From: Planctomycetota bacterium
GTDB lineage: Bacteria > Planctomycetota > UBA1135 > UBA2386
Direction: 5' to 3'
NCBI GenBank assembly: GCA_965223545.1
Contig: OZ245006.1
Coordinates: forward strand, 7,360,001 to 7,424,000
DNA length: 64,000 nucleotides
Both the position numbers and the translations under genes were made by a program. Every line of letters begins with the position of its first letter. Positions within the stretch are counted from its first letter, which is position 1. This document shows, in pieces, positions 46,227-56,063 of this stretch. The notes below the pieces were generated by a model, which saw nothing but the letters and a program-made list of their open reading frames with translations, was not told the origin of the DNA and did no database searches.

Positions 46227-48431
46227 ATGACTCTCCTCTCCGTGCCGGTTCGCGCGCCCCTCGCGGTTCTCGTTCTGTCCGTGTTGCCGTTGGCGGCGCA
46301 GGGCGGTCCACCGCCCGGCAGCCGCGAAGCGATGTGGCCGGCGCCGACCGACGAGGACTGGGCGCGTCCGTGCTTGGTCCAGTGGCAGCGCACCTGGGAC
46401 GACGCGGTCGCGGTGTCGCAGGAGACCGGCAAGGCGATTTTGGTGTGCGTCAATATGGACGGCGAGATCGCCAGCGAGCACTACGCCGGCATCCGCTACC
46501 GGCAGCCGGAGATCGCCTCGCTGTACGAGCCCTACGTGACGGTGATCGCCTCGGTGTACCGACACACTCCCCGCGACCACGACGAACACGGCAACCGCAT
46601 CCCGTGTCCGCGGTTCGGCGGGGTGACCTGTGGTGAGCACATCTCCATCGAGCCGCTGCTGTACGAGAAGTTCATGGACGGCCGGCGCATCGCGCCGCGG
46701 CACATCATGGTCGAGCTCGACGGCAGCGAGACGTACGACGTGTTCTACGCCTTCGACACCGACTCGGTGTTCCAGGCGATCCGCGAGGGCATCGCCAACC
46801 GCGAGCACGAGCCGACCAACATCACGCGCGGCGACCGCACCATCACCGAGCGGGTGGCAGGGCGCGACTACAGCGACCGGCTGGCGGTCGAAGAGGCCTA
46901 CCAACAGGGCGACGCCGCGCAGCGCCGCTCGCTGCTCGAGGCGGCGATCGCGGCGGGCGATGCCGCATCGGTCGATCTGCTGCGGCTGGCGGTGTTCGGC
47001 GTCGATCCCGAGCTTGCCGCGCTGGCGCGGCAGGCGTTGGCCAAGGCGGAGGGCGCGGGGGCTGCCGATCTGATCAACGAGGCGCTGCGCGCGCCGATGG
47101 CGGCGGCTGAGCGCGACCAGCTGGTCGGCGCGCTGGGCCGCATCGGCGAGCAATCGCCGCGGGCGCGGACGCTGGCGGTGGTGCACCGCGGGCTGGGTGG
47201 GCGCTCGCGGGCGGTCGATCTCGACGGCTGGGCGCAGTCGCTGCGGGGCGCCGAGTACCCGGCGCAGCCGGCCGGGTTCGATGAGCTGGCGACGCGGATC
47301 GACGAGCGCGAGCAGGCCAGCACTGCGCGGCCGCAAGACGCCGCCGCGCAGCTCGACTTGGCGGTGGCTTCCCTGGCGCTGGCGCTCGACCCCGAGACTG
47401 CCGAGGTGCTGCCCGCCGACCGCCGCAACGCGGGGCGTTACCTGCAGCTGATGTTCGAAGACGCGCGTCGCGCAGCGGAGGACGCCGAGCGGCTGGGGGC
47501 CGAGGGCTGGAAGCTGGATGCGGTGTTCGCCGTGGTGGCGCACAACACCGGTGATGCCGCCGAGGCCTACCGGCGGGCAGAAGCAGCGGTCGCGGCGCTG
47601 CCAGCCGGTGTCACCGATCGCGAGGCTGCCGCCGTGCTCGAGCTGTTCGCGCACGGCAGGCAGCGGGCGATCTCGGCAGCGGTGGTCGACAAGGAGCGCT
47701 GGCCGCCGGAGTGGCTCAGCGATCTGGACGCCGCTTACTCGGTGCTCAGCGAGCACCCGCTCGGCACCGAGCAGCACATCGTCGACCACTACGACTTCAT
47801 GGCGTGGCTGCGGGCGCGCGGCCGGGCCTCGCGCGTCCTGGACCGCGGCCTCGCCCGCTATCCGGACTCCGCCGCGATCCACGAGCGGTTGCGCAAGAAG
47901 GTGTTGCGCGAGCGCGGCGTCGAGGGGCTGCAGCGGGTCTACGACGACATGCTGGCGGCGCCGGACGCGACCGCCAGCACGCGGTGGTTCGCCGGCTACG
48001 CCGCGATGGTCGCCGGTGAGTTCCACCGCCGCGCCAGCGACGGCCCGCCGGCCGCCGCGGCCTACGACCGGGCCATCGCGCACTTCGAGGCCTGCGCCGC
48101 GCAGGAGGAGTCGTTTCGCGACAGCGCCGAGCACCAGATCGCCATGGCGATGGCTGGCCAGGCCCGAGTCGCGCTCGACGCCGGCAATCTGGATGCGGCC
48201 CTGGCGCTGCTTCTGGCCACGTTCGAAAGGCGGCCCGAGTCGGCGGCGACGTTGGACGGCATGAACCTGTCGGCGGTGGCGACCGCGCAGATGCTGCGCG
48301 CCGTGCTGCGCCAAGCCGGTCGCGACGAGCAGGCCGCGACGCTGCAGGCCGCGCTCGACGGCCTCGACCCCGAGTTGCTGGAGATGCCCGCGTTCGAGCG
48401 CGAGGCGCCGTTGCCCGGCAACGGCGGCTGA
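46227..48431 (+). CDS. Secreted hypothetical protein: thioredoxin-like N-domain plus HEAT/TPR helices
   Basis: Signal peptide and WQRTWDDAVAVSQETGKAILVCVN thioredoxin-like start. CPRFGGVTCGEH motif, then an Ala-rich helical remainder. Confidence 0.65.
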   Translation: MTLLSVPVRAPLAVLVLSVLPLAAQGGPPPGSREAMWPAPTDEDWARPCLVQWQRTWDDAVAVSQETGKAILVCVNMDGEIASEHYAGIRYRQPEIASLYEPYVTVIASVYRHTPRDHDEHGNRIPCPRFGGVTCGEHISIEPLLYEKFMDGRRIAPRHIMVELDGSETYDVFYAFDTDSVFQAIREGIANREHEPTNITRGDRTITERVAGRDYSDRLAVEEAYQQGDAAQRRSLLEAAIAAGDAASVDLLRLAVFGVDPELAALARQALAKAEGAGAADLINEALRAPMAAAERDQLVGALGRIGEQSPRARTLAVVHRGLGGRSRAVDLDGWAQSLRGAEYPAQPAGFDELATRIDEREQASTARPQDAAAQLDLAVASLALALDPETAEVLPADRRNAGRYLQLMFEDARRAAEDAERLGAEGWKLDAVFAVVAHNTGDAAEAYRRAEAAVAALPAGVTDREAAAVLELFAHGRQRAISAAVVDKERWPPEWLSDLDAAYSVLSEHPLGTEQHIVDHYDFMAWLRARGRASRVLDRGLARYPDSAAIHERLRKKVLRERGVEGLQRVYDDMLAAPDATASTRWFAGYAAMVAGEFHRRASDGPPAAAAYDRAIAHFEACAAQEESFRDSAEHQIAMAMAGQARVALDAGNLDAALALLLATFERRPESAATLDGMNLSAVATAQMLRAVLRQAGRDEQAATLQAALDGLDPELLEMPAFEREAPLPGNGG

Positions 48432-48437
48432 GTCGCT

Positions 48438-49010
48438 CTACTCTTTGGCGCGGCCGAGGAACTCGGCCGTCCGCGTGTCGACCGAGACGCGCGTGCCCTG
48501 ATCGAGGTGCTCCGGCACCTGAATGACGAGTCCCGTCGACACCGTCGCCGGCTTGGTGCGGCCGGTGGCGGAGTTGCCCTTGACCGCGGGATTGGTCTCG
48601 GTGATCTCGAGCGCCACGGTGTTGGGCAGCTCGAGCCCGATCGGGCTCTCGTTGTGGTACATCGCGCGCACGTCCTCGATGCCCTCGAACAAGAACTGCG
48701 CCTCCCACTCGAGGTCGTCGCGCGTCATCGCGAACTGCTCGTAGGTCTCGTTGTCCATGAAGTGGAACCCGCTCGGGTCGGCGTACAAGAACTGCACCGG
48801 CCGCCGTGCCACGTCGGCGACGCCGAAGGTGTCGCCGCCCTTGAACGACTTGTCGACGCGCTGCTTGGTGATCAGGTTGCGCAGCCGCACGCGGTGGATG
48901 GTGTTGCCGCCGCGCGCGGTGGGGGAGCTGGTCTGCGTCGACTCGACGGTGTACGGCGTGCCCTCGTGTTCGATGAGCAGGCCGCGCTTGAGATCGGAGG
49001 TCGTGTACAT
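48438..49010 (-). CDS. efpL: Elongation factor P-like protein EfpL (YeiP)
   Basis: EF-P motifs FMDNETYEQ and KPATVSTGLVIQVP. The tip loop is SPTARG, matching YeiP/EfpL rather than the canonical PGKG. Confidence 0.88.
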   Translation of the reverse strand: MYTTSDLKRGLLIEHEGTPYTVESTQTSSPTARGGNTIHRVRLRNLITKQRVDKSFKGGDTFGVADVARRPVQFLYADPSGFHFMDNETYEQFAMTRDDLEWEAQFLFEGIEDVRAMYHNESPIGLELPNTVALEITETNPAVKGNSATGRTKPATVSTGLVIQVPEHLDQGTRVSVDTRTAEFLGRAKE

Positions 49011-49133
49011 GGCGGAGAGAGGGGACCGGACCGGTGAGCTGCAGAGCATCGCCCGGCGGGCGGGCGGCGCCAAGGGGGCGCTTGGCCGAGCGGTGGCTTC
49101 GGTGGCGGGCATCGATCGGGTCCGGGCGCGGTT

Positions 49134-50732
49134 ATGGTAGCCGGCGTGGTCGCCTCTCGCCGGCACGTGTTGCTGCGGTTCGTGCTCGCCGTCGCCGGAG
49201 TGGTGCTGGCGGTGCTGCTGGTCGAGGGCGCCCACTCGGCGTGGACCGGAGTGTCGCTGCTGCGCCGCGCGCTGGGTGTGCGCGCAGTGCAGTTGGCAGT
49301 GCTCGACGACGCCGCGCGGATCGCCGCCGCCGGCCTGACCAAGGGCCCGTTCGCACTGGCGCGCGATCCCGCCGTCGGCGTGGTGATGAAGCCCGCGCAC
49401 GTGCACGCGTTCCTCGGCGTGGCGGCACACACCGACGCGTATGGCCAGCGGCGGCGGCCGGGACCGCCACCGCAAGCCGGCGCGCAGCGCATCGTCGTGC
49501 TCGGGGATTCGGTGGCCTTCGGGCTCGGCGTCGGCGACGAGGAGACCTACGGCCACCAGCTCGAGCGCGCGCTGGCGGCGGCGGTGGGGGCCGCGCCGCC
49601 GCCGGTCGTGCATACGGTGGCCTGCCCCGGCTGGAACACGCAGGACGCGGTGCGCTATCTGCAGGCGCACCTGGAGCGGCTGGCTCCCGACCTGGTGGTC
49701 TACTTGCCGGTCGACAACGACCTCGACGACGGCAGCATGGTGAGCGAGATCGGTCAGCGCGTGCCGCGTGGAGGGCCGGCCAGCTGGACCGCTCCCGGTG
49801 TCCCGGCGCGCGTGCCCTTCAACGCCGAGGGCTACTTGCAGCTCTACCTGGCTTGGGCACCGCGGGCCGGGCTCGACCTGGTGCGCCGCGTGGTCGCGTC
49901 CGGCAGCGAGTCGGCGGTGCAGCACGTGTTGCGCACCGGCGTGACGCCCGAGTCGAAGCGTCGCTGGGGTTGGTTTGCCGCGACGCTGGCTGACTTGGCC
50001 GCGCAGCTGGAGCGGCGCGGCGCGCGGCTCTTGGTGTGCTGTCCCTGGGATGGTGACTTCCACCAGTTGGTGAGAGCGACCTTGGCCCGCCGCGCACCGG
50101 CGGTGCCGTGTGCGCTGCTGTTCCGCGACCGGTCGCCGGCCGACAGCCTGGACGGCGATCCCCACCCGAATGCGGAGTGCGTCGCCGCCGGCGCGCAGCG
50201 GATCGCGACGCTGCTGGTCGAGCGCGGCTGGGTGGCGGGCGTTTCCGTCAGTCGGTTGCCACCGTTGCCCGCGGTCTACCGCGGGCGGCTGGCGGAGGAC
50301 CGTTGGGCCGGCGCCGCGCAGTATGCCGAGACCGTCGGCGGATTCGTCGGCGCGTCGGTGGAGCTCGAACGCGCGGCCGGGATCCACCAGGTCTACGGCG
50401 GGCTGGCCGCCGATGGCACCGTCGGGCGCGGGGTCGTGCTCGCGCTCCGTTGTGACGGTGCCGAGAACCTCGTGCTGGATGCCGATCCGGTGGTCACCGC
50501 CGACGGGCCGCTGCTCTTAGACGTTGCCGTGCGCGCGGAGGACGGCCAATGGATGCCGCTGCCGGAGCCGTTGCGCCTGACGGGCGGCCGGTGTGCGGTG
50601 GCGCTGCCGGCGGCAGTGCGCACCGCGCCGATCCTCGACGTGCGCATCGCGCCGCGGGCGTGGCGCGTCGAGGAACGCGAGGGTCGCAGCCGGTTGGCTG
50701 CGTTTCGCCTGCGCCGCGCGGCATTGCAGTAG
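49134..50732 (+). CDS. Membrane-anchored SGNH/GDSL hydrolase-like protein
   Basis: N-terminal TM segment, VVLGDSVAFG, PGWNT, DND and DPHPN. Confidence 0.8.
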   Translation: MVAGVVASRRHVLLRFVLAVAGVVLAVLLVEGAHSAWTGVSLLRRALGVRAVQLAVLDDAARIAAAGLTKGPFALARDPAVGVVMKPAHVHAFLGVAAHTDAYGQRRRPGPPPQAGAQRIVVLGDSVAFGLGVGDEETYGHQLERALAAAVGAAPPPVVHTVACPGWNTQDAVRYLQAHLERLAPDLVVYLPVDNDLDDGSMVSEIGQRVPRGGPASWTAPGVPARVPFNAEGYLQLYLAWAPRAGLDLVRRVVASGSESAVQHVLRTGVTPESKRRWGWFAATLADLAAQLERRGARLLVCCPWDGDFHQLVRATLARRAPAVPCALLFRDRSPADSLDGDPHPNAECVAAGAQRIATLLVERGWVAGVSVSRLPPLPAVYRGRLAEDRWAGAAQYAETVGGFVGASVELERAAGIHQVYGGLAADGTVGRGVVLALRCDGAENLVLDADPVVTADGPLLLDVAVRAEDGQWMPLPEPLRLTGGRCAVALPAAVRTAPILDVRIAPRAWRVEEREGRSRLAAFRLRRAALQ

Positions 50733-50759
50733 CATGGCCGGCGGCGGTCGCCGCTCAGA

Positions 50760-51311
50760 TCACTGCAGCGGCTTGAACTTGAACTTCTGGCCGGAGACGG
50801 CGGCCTCGGCCATCAGCCCCTTGTCGGCGAGGGTGAACACCGCCAGCCCGTTGTCGAAGGACGCTTCGCGGGCGGCGCCGCTGGTCGCGGCGACGGCGCT
50901 CACCTGTGCGCCGAACTCGTAGGTGCCGCTCTTGAAGCTGTCCAGATCCTGCTGGCCCTGGAAGAAGATCACCTCACTGAAGCGCTGGCCGCCGATCTGC
51001 GCGCCGAACGACACCTGAGTCATCGCCGCGGTGCCGATCAGCCGGGTGCCCTCGAAGACGTAGCCGGTCCCGCCGCCGCCGCCGACGATCAGGCCGCCCT
51101 TGCCCAGCTTGGGAAAGATCGCGTAGCCGACCGAGCTGTCGATGAAGCGTTGGATGTCGGGATCGCGCTCGAGGAAAGCGGCCAGGGCGGCGTCGGCCTC
51201 GGCGCGCGCGCCGGCGGCATCCTCGGTCTTCAGCGTGGGGGCTTGGCAGGCGCCCAAGATCAGGGCGCCGATCATCAGGGACGGAAGGAAGGGCAGTCGG
51301 GAGTTCATCAT
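50760..51311 (-). CDS. YSC84/SYLF-related lipoprotein
   Basis: ILGAC lipobox, IFP..GKGGLIVGG..G.G, SFGAQIGGQ and GLMAEAAVSGQKF. Confidence 0.85.
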   Translation of the reverse strand: MMNSRLPFLPSLMIGALILGACQAPTLKTEDAAGARAEADAALAAFLERDPDIQRFIDSSVGYAIFPKLGKGGLIVGGGGGTGYVFEGTRLIGTAAMTQVSFGAQIGGQRFSEVIFFQGQQDLDSFKSGTYEFGAQVSAVAATSGAAREASFDNGLAVFTLADKGLMAEAAVSGQKFKFKPLQ

Positions 51312-51481
51312 CGATTCGTCTTTCAGTTGGGGACAGTCCCCCAGGATTTGATCCTCATCTGTGTCTCCGCGCCGCAAGTCTTGCCAGCGACAATCGCGAG
51401 AACTCGGCCGGCCGCGTGCAAATCCGGCGCTGGAGGAGGTCTTTCTGCGGGAAGTTCCGGACGTGGCGGCGGGTGGACGTC

Positions 51482-53707
51482 TCAGCGCCCGGCCTCCGCC
51501 TGGGCTGCCGCCGGCAGCTCCAAGCGAACCTCGGCGCACCACATGCCGACCGGGTCTCCGCGTTCGGTCAACGTGCGCGCCAGCACCGACGGCTGCCTTG
51601 CCAGCACTCCATCGAACAGCACGCGCGCGCGGTGACGGACCACGACGGGGCGATCGAGATCGAGCATCGCGTCGTCCAAGCGAACGCTGACGGAAGCGAC
51701 ACCGGTGGCTTCGAGAATCGCGATCTCCTGTCCGCGGCGCTCGACGACGAGCCGGCTGCCCGCGACGGGCTCATCCACCGACAGCCAGTAGAAGCGGCGG
51801 TGCGTGCGGCGCCCCTGCTGCCAAACCACGCGCGTCGGCCGCAGCTCTCGACGGCGCTCGGCCATCCAGGGCAATGCAGTCGCGTCGTCGCCGTCCATCC
51901 AGTGGCCCTTGCCCGCGTGGATCTCGACCCAGTGGTCGTATCCCTCGGGATCGGCGGCACGCAGCTGCGCCAGCTGGTCGCGCCACTGCGCCGCCACCGC
52001 GTTGCGCTTGTAGGCGCTGTCGTCGGCGCCCATGTGCAGAGTGAAGGCCGTGTTGCGCAAGGACGCGGGCCGGGCGTCGTTGGGATGGCCGGCCATCATC
52101 GCTGCCGCGGCCCAGCGATCGGCCATGCGCGGCGCCAGCTGGTAGACGCCGTCGCCGCCCGCCGAGTAGCCCATCAGATAGACGCGGTCGGGGTCGACGC
52201 CGTGCAGGGCGACCATGTTCTCGATCAAGCGGTCGAACAGGACGTCGATGTGGTCGCGGTGCCAGAGGTTCCAGGTGTCGGTCGGTGCGCGGGGCGCGAC
52301 GTAGATGCCTTCGGGCGGGGCGTACAGCTTCTGTTGGTTGGCCCACTGGCGGTCGTTCACCGCCGCCGGAGCGCCGCCGCCACCGTGCAGGGACAGCCAC
52401 AGGCTGCGCCCGTTGGGTCCGGGCTCGCCGCGCGTGGTGAACCAGAACGGCATCCGGTGCTCGCCGTGCGTCAGCGCGCCGGCCTCCATCTCGGCCTGGC
52501 GCTCGCGCCGCAGCCGCGCGACGTGGTCGGTCCACAGCGACTCCTTCTCGGTCTCGGCCTCGGCGCGCGTCAGCCCGGGTTTCAGCCGCAACGCGACCAG
52601 CTGTTGGTCCGACTCGACGACCACGGTCTGCGCCGCGGCCACGCCCGGACCGCTCGCCTCGATCATGACCTCTGCGCCGAGCGGCAGCGTCGTCTCGACG
52701 TGGTCGTTGGCGTCGAATCGCTCGTCCTTGCTCTCGCCGGCGAACAGCAGACGGCCGTCGCCGGCGGAGTGCACGGTCACCGGTACCCGGCGGCGGCGCC
52801 CGTCCGCCGGGTCGGTGACGACCACGCGCACCCGCGCGTGACCGTCGGCAACCGCCGCCGCGTCCCTGGTGTAGCGCTCGGTGACGTTGATTCCGTACAC
52901 CTCGCTGGCGCCGCGCCGCCACACCAGGGGGAAGCGCTGCGGCGTCGGCACGTAGCTCGTGGCGAAGATCCCGTAGCGCTCGGAGTCGGCGCGCGCGTCG
53001 GCGGCGCGGCTGACGAACCACGCGCGGTCGAGTTCGTCGCCGGTCGGTTCCGCCGCGCCGGTGAAGTGCCAGCCACGGTCCCAGATCTCCACCCAGGAGT
53101 GGTTGCCGCTGTCGTCCGACCACCGCGGCGTGCCGACGAAGCGCGCCGGAACGCCGACCGCGCGGCAGGCGCTGATCAGCAGCACCGACAGACCGGTGCA
53201 GGATGCCATGCCGGCTTCGATCGATTCGTACGGACTCTGGTCGGCCTTCGGCCGTTTCGTCGAGTAGTGCACGCCGAGCTCGTCGAAGATCCGCTGGTTG
53301 AGCAGCACGGCCGCGGCGGCCGGCGTCTCGGCCTCGGCGACCAGCGGGTGAAAGCGCTCGTAGAAGTCGCGGCGCCAGGCGTCGCGCCGCTCGCCGATGT
53401 TGGCGTAGGGCAGCACGTACTCGAAGAAGTAACGCTCGGGCACCTCGTCGGACCACGGCGCCGCCCGCCACGCGCGGTAGGCGAACTGCACGTGCTCGAC
53501 GAGGAAGTCCGCGGTGAGCGTGCGCAGGTCGGTCTCCGGCATGTGCCGCAGCAAGAACTCGAGCCCGGGGCGCTCGTCATCGGCGACGCGCTCCAGCGCC
53601 GCGCGCAGCGCGGGGAGGTTGTCACCGGCGCGCTCGAGGGTCTGCTCGAGCGCGGTGGGGGACTGCGGCAGGGCGAGCGCGAGCGCGGTGAGGCTGAGCG
53701 GAAGCAT
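51482..53707 (-). CDS. Secreted transglutaminase-like domain fused to an alpha/beta hydrolase (esterase/PHB-depolymerase-like)
   Basis: From ATG 53707. SCTGLS and NHSWVE in the first domain; LHGGG, GYSAGG and KGHWM in the second. Confidence 0.85.
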   Translation of the reverse strand: MLPLSLTALALALPQSPTALEQTLERAGDNLPALRAALERVADDERPGLEFLLRHMPETDLRTLTADFLVEHVQFAYRAWRAAPWSDEVPERYFFEYVLPYANIGERRDAWRRDFYERFHPLVAEAETPAAAAVLLNQRIFDELGVHYSTKRPKADQSPYESIEAGMASCTGLSVLLISACRAVGVPARFVGTPRWSDDSGNHSWVEIWDRGWHFTGAAEPTGDELDRAWFVSRAADARADSERYGIFATSYVPTPQRFPLVWRRGASEVYGINVTERYTRDAAAVADGHARVRVVVTDPADGRRRRVPVTVHSAGDGRLLFAGESKDERFDANDHVETTLPLGAEVMIEASGPGVAAAQTVVVESDQQLVALRLKPGLTRAEAETEKESLWTDHVARLRRERQAEMEAGALTHGEHRMPFWFTTRGEPGPNGRSLWLSLHGGGGAPAAVNDRQWANQQKLYAPPEGIYVAPRAPTDTWNLWHRDHIDVLFDRLIENMVALHGVDPDRVYLMGYSAGGDGVYQLAPRMADRWAAAAMMAGHPNDARPASLRNTAFTLHMGADDSAYKRNAVAAQWRDQLAQLRAADPEGYDHWVEIHAGKGHWMDGDDATALPWMAERRRELRPTRVVWQQGRRTHRRFYWLSVDEPVAGSRLVVERRGQEIAILEATGVASVSVRLDDAMLDLDRPVVVRHRARVLFDGVLARQPSVLARTLTERGDPVGMWCAEVRLELPAAAQAEAGR

Positions 53708-53789
53708 GCGGGACCGAGGATACCCGAGGCTCGGATGCGTCCGTCGCTCCGCTCGGCTATCTTGGCGCGCTGTCGTCTCGCGATCGCCC

Positions 53790-54140
53790 ATGGATGCACA
53801 AGACCTGGACCAACCCGTCGTAATCGCCGAGGGCAGCGCGCCCGAGATGGGGCGGCTCTGCGGCTTGCTGCGCGCGCAGTCGATCGCGGCGGCGCTGGTG
53901 CCCTCGAGGCGCGGATCGGGTTGAGGCACACGGGCCGGGCTCGCGGTCGCGGGCTCGTCGGCGGCCGAGGCTCTGCAGTGCCTGCGCAGCGACGAGCAGC
54001 GTGGAATGTCCGAGATCGAGCGCCTCGCCTCGGAGGTCAACGTCGACTTCGACGCCGACGAGGCGGTGTGTCCGGCGTGCGCGACGATTTTCTCGACCGC
54101 GCTGCGCCGCTGCCCCGAGTGCGACCTCAACTTCGGCTGA
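53790..54140 (+). CDS. Putative selenoprotein (116 aa; Sec at codon 45, GSG-U-G) with C-terminal zinc ribbon
   Basis: The frame from ATG 53790 hits TGA 53922-53924 and continues open to 54140, giving ...AVCPACATIFSTALRRCPECDLNFG. A SECIS-like hairpin follows the TGA. Confidence 0.75.
53936..53957 (+). promoter_or_regulatory. Putative bacterial SECIS element
   Basis: CGGGCTCGC-GGTC-GCGGGCTCG forms a 9-bp stem with a GGUC loop, starting 11 nt after the in-frame TGA. Confidence 0.7.
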
Positions 54141-54160
54141 GCGTTCGGGGGCCGAGAGTC

Positions 54161-55528
54161 TTAGCGCGGCGACGACATTCCCGAAGGCCGGTTGCCTGCC
54201 GGAGTTCGATCCCGCAACTCCCGGGCGCTGAGCTGGTCCTTCGCGATCGCCGCGCGCAAACCCCATGGACTCTTGTGCACTCGCGCCGCCAACACCCAGG
54301 TGATCGCGAAGCCGGCGAGGTAGGACAGAGCCGTGGCCTGCGCCGCGCCGACGATCCCCATGCGCGGGATCAGCACGGCGTTGGCGCCGATGTTGATCGC
54401 GGCGATCAGCATCGAGGTCAGCGACAGCAGATGGGTCTTGCGCTCGTAGAACAGGTAGCCGCTGCGCATCTTGTACATGCCGTTGAAGGCAAGGCCGAGT
54501 CCGACCCAGAGCACACAATCGGCGCCGCCGCGGAAGTCCGCGCCGATGAACCACTGATAGATCCACGGCACGACCGCCGCCAGCAGCAGGGCGGCGCCGA
54601 CGATGGCGAGGTCGTAGGCGTAGATGATCAGTACGATGCGCCGATTCTGCTCGGCATCCCGGCGGCGGATCTGCTCGCAGAACCATGGCAGCCAGCCGCG
54701 GTGGAAGGAGTCTTGCAGCAGCCCGATCACCAGGCCGATCTGCGCGGCGACCACGAACACCCCGGTCTGCTGCGAGCCGAGCAGGTTCTCGACCAGCACG
54801 CGGTCGGCGGTGCTGACCGCGAGGCCGGCCAGCGCGACCGGCAGCAGCGGCACGCCGAAGCCGAGGGCGTGGCGCATGGCGGCCGGGTCCGGCCGCCGGC
54901 GCAGGAATCCCAAGCGCTGCAGGATGCCGAGGCCCAGGGCGCAGAAGATCGCGTAGGTCGTCAGCTGCGCGACGACCCGTCCCTGCCAGCCCGTGGTGAA
55001 GCCGACGACGAGCAGCAGAGTCAGCGCCGCGTTGCAGATCGCGATGCCGATCTGGAACGCCGCGTAGCGCGTGGGCTGCACGCGCACTTGCCAGATCGCC
55101 AGCACGATGCGCGTGATCACCTGGGCGCTCGCGCACCACACGACCAACCACAGCCAGTCGGCCGTGATCTTGGTCCAGCGCTCGATCGCCGGCGCGGCCA
55201 GCCACAGGGCGGCGGCCACCAACGCCGTGCCGGCCGCCCAAAGCCAGACGCAGCTGCCGACGTAGGCGGGGAAGTCGCACTGCTCGCGGTCGTAGTAGCG
55301 CCGGGCGATCGCGTTCTGCACGCTCACCCCCGCGAAGGTCGCCGCCAAGCCGATCAGCACTTGGAACATGGCGACCGCCGCCATGTCCTCGGTGGTGAGG
55401 CAACGCGTCAGCACCGGCAGCAGCAGGAACGGCACCGCCGCGGCGATCACGTTGCTCGCGGTGTACACCCCGACGGTCTTCGAGAACCGAGAGGTCGCCC
55501 ACTGCAGCAGTACTTGTCGGTGGCTCAC
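54161..55528 (-). CDS. Wzx-like oligosaccharide flippase (PST family)
   Basis: VPFLLLPVLTR, ALGFGVPL, ADRVLV and LIPRMGIVGAA; many TM segments. Confidence 0.85.
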   Translation of the reverse strand: MSHRQVLLQWATSRFSKTVGVYTASNVIAAAVPFLLLPVLTRCLTTEDMAAVAMFQVLIGLAATFAGVSVQNAIARRYYDREQCDFPAYVGSCVWLWAAGTALVAAALWLAAPAIERWTKITADWLWLVVWCASAQVITRIVLAIWQVRVQPTRYAAFQIGIAICNAALTLLLVVGFTTGWQGRVVAQLTTYAIFCALGLGILQRLGFLRRRPDPAAMRHALGFGVPLLPVALAGLAVSTADRVLVENLLGSQQTGVFVVAAQIGLVIGLLQDSFHRGWLPWFCEQIRRRDAEQNRRIVLIIYAYDLAIVGAALLLAAVVPWIYQWFIGADFRGGADCVLWVGLGLAFNGMYKMRSGYLFYERKTHLLSLTSMLIAAINIGANAVLIPRMGIVGAAQATALSYLAGFAITWVLAARVHKSPWGLRAAIAKDQLSARELRDRTPAGNRPSGMSSPR

Positions 55529-55618
55529 GATCGGGCGGGGGGATCCCGCTGGTTCATCGGCCGAGGCAGGCGCCCCGGTGTAGCCAATCCGCCCCCGCGA
55601 TGGGCAGTTCGCGCGATC

Positions 55619-56056
55619 CTAGTCCGCTTCCGCCACCTCGAGCAGAGCATCGAGCGCGCCCGGGATCGTCACCGCCCGCATCCGCCCACCGTCCGCGTCC
55701 TTGCGCACGCACACCGCCGTCATCGTGCCCTGCGCAGTGCGCCGCGGGCCATCCTCACCGGCAACCGTGAAGTCGATCTCGTAGGTCACCGACGTGCGCC
55801 GCTTCGCGCGCACGCGCAAGCGCAGCTCGACCTCGTCCTCGTAGTGCAGTGGTGCCTCGTAGTGGCAGCTGGCGCTGCCGCGCGCCCAACCGACGAAGCC
55901 GTCGCCGTCGGCGTGGTGCACGCGGTGGCCGAGGGAGCGGAAGAAGGCGTGCTCGACCTCTTCCATGTAGCGGAAGTAGTTGGAGAAGTGCAGGATGCCG
56001 GCCATGTCGGTCTCGGCGAACTCGACGCGGCGGCGCATGGTGAACTCGGTCGGCAC
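55619..56056 (-). CDS. Acyl-CoA thioesterase (4HBT hotdog family)
   Basis: VEFAETDMAGILHFSNYFRYME. Confidence 0.9.
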   Translation of the reverse strand: MPTEFTMRRRVEFAETDMAGILHFSNYFRYMEEVEHAFFRSLGHRVHHADGDGFVGWARGSASCHYEAPLHYEDEVELRLRVRAKRRTSVTYEIDFTVAGEDGPRRTAQGTMTAVCVRKDADGGRMRAVTIPGALDALLEVAEAD

Positions 56057-56063
56057 GGCGGGG

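Noticed and set aside
53790..54140. Pseudogene or two tiny ORFs
   Set aside because: Disfavoured but not excluded: the single TGA sits in a Gly-rich loop with a correctly spaced SECIS-like hairpin, and the downstream zinc ribbon is intact.
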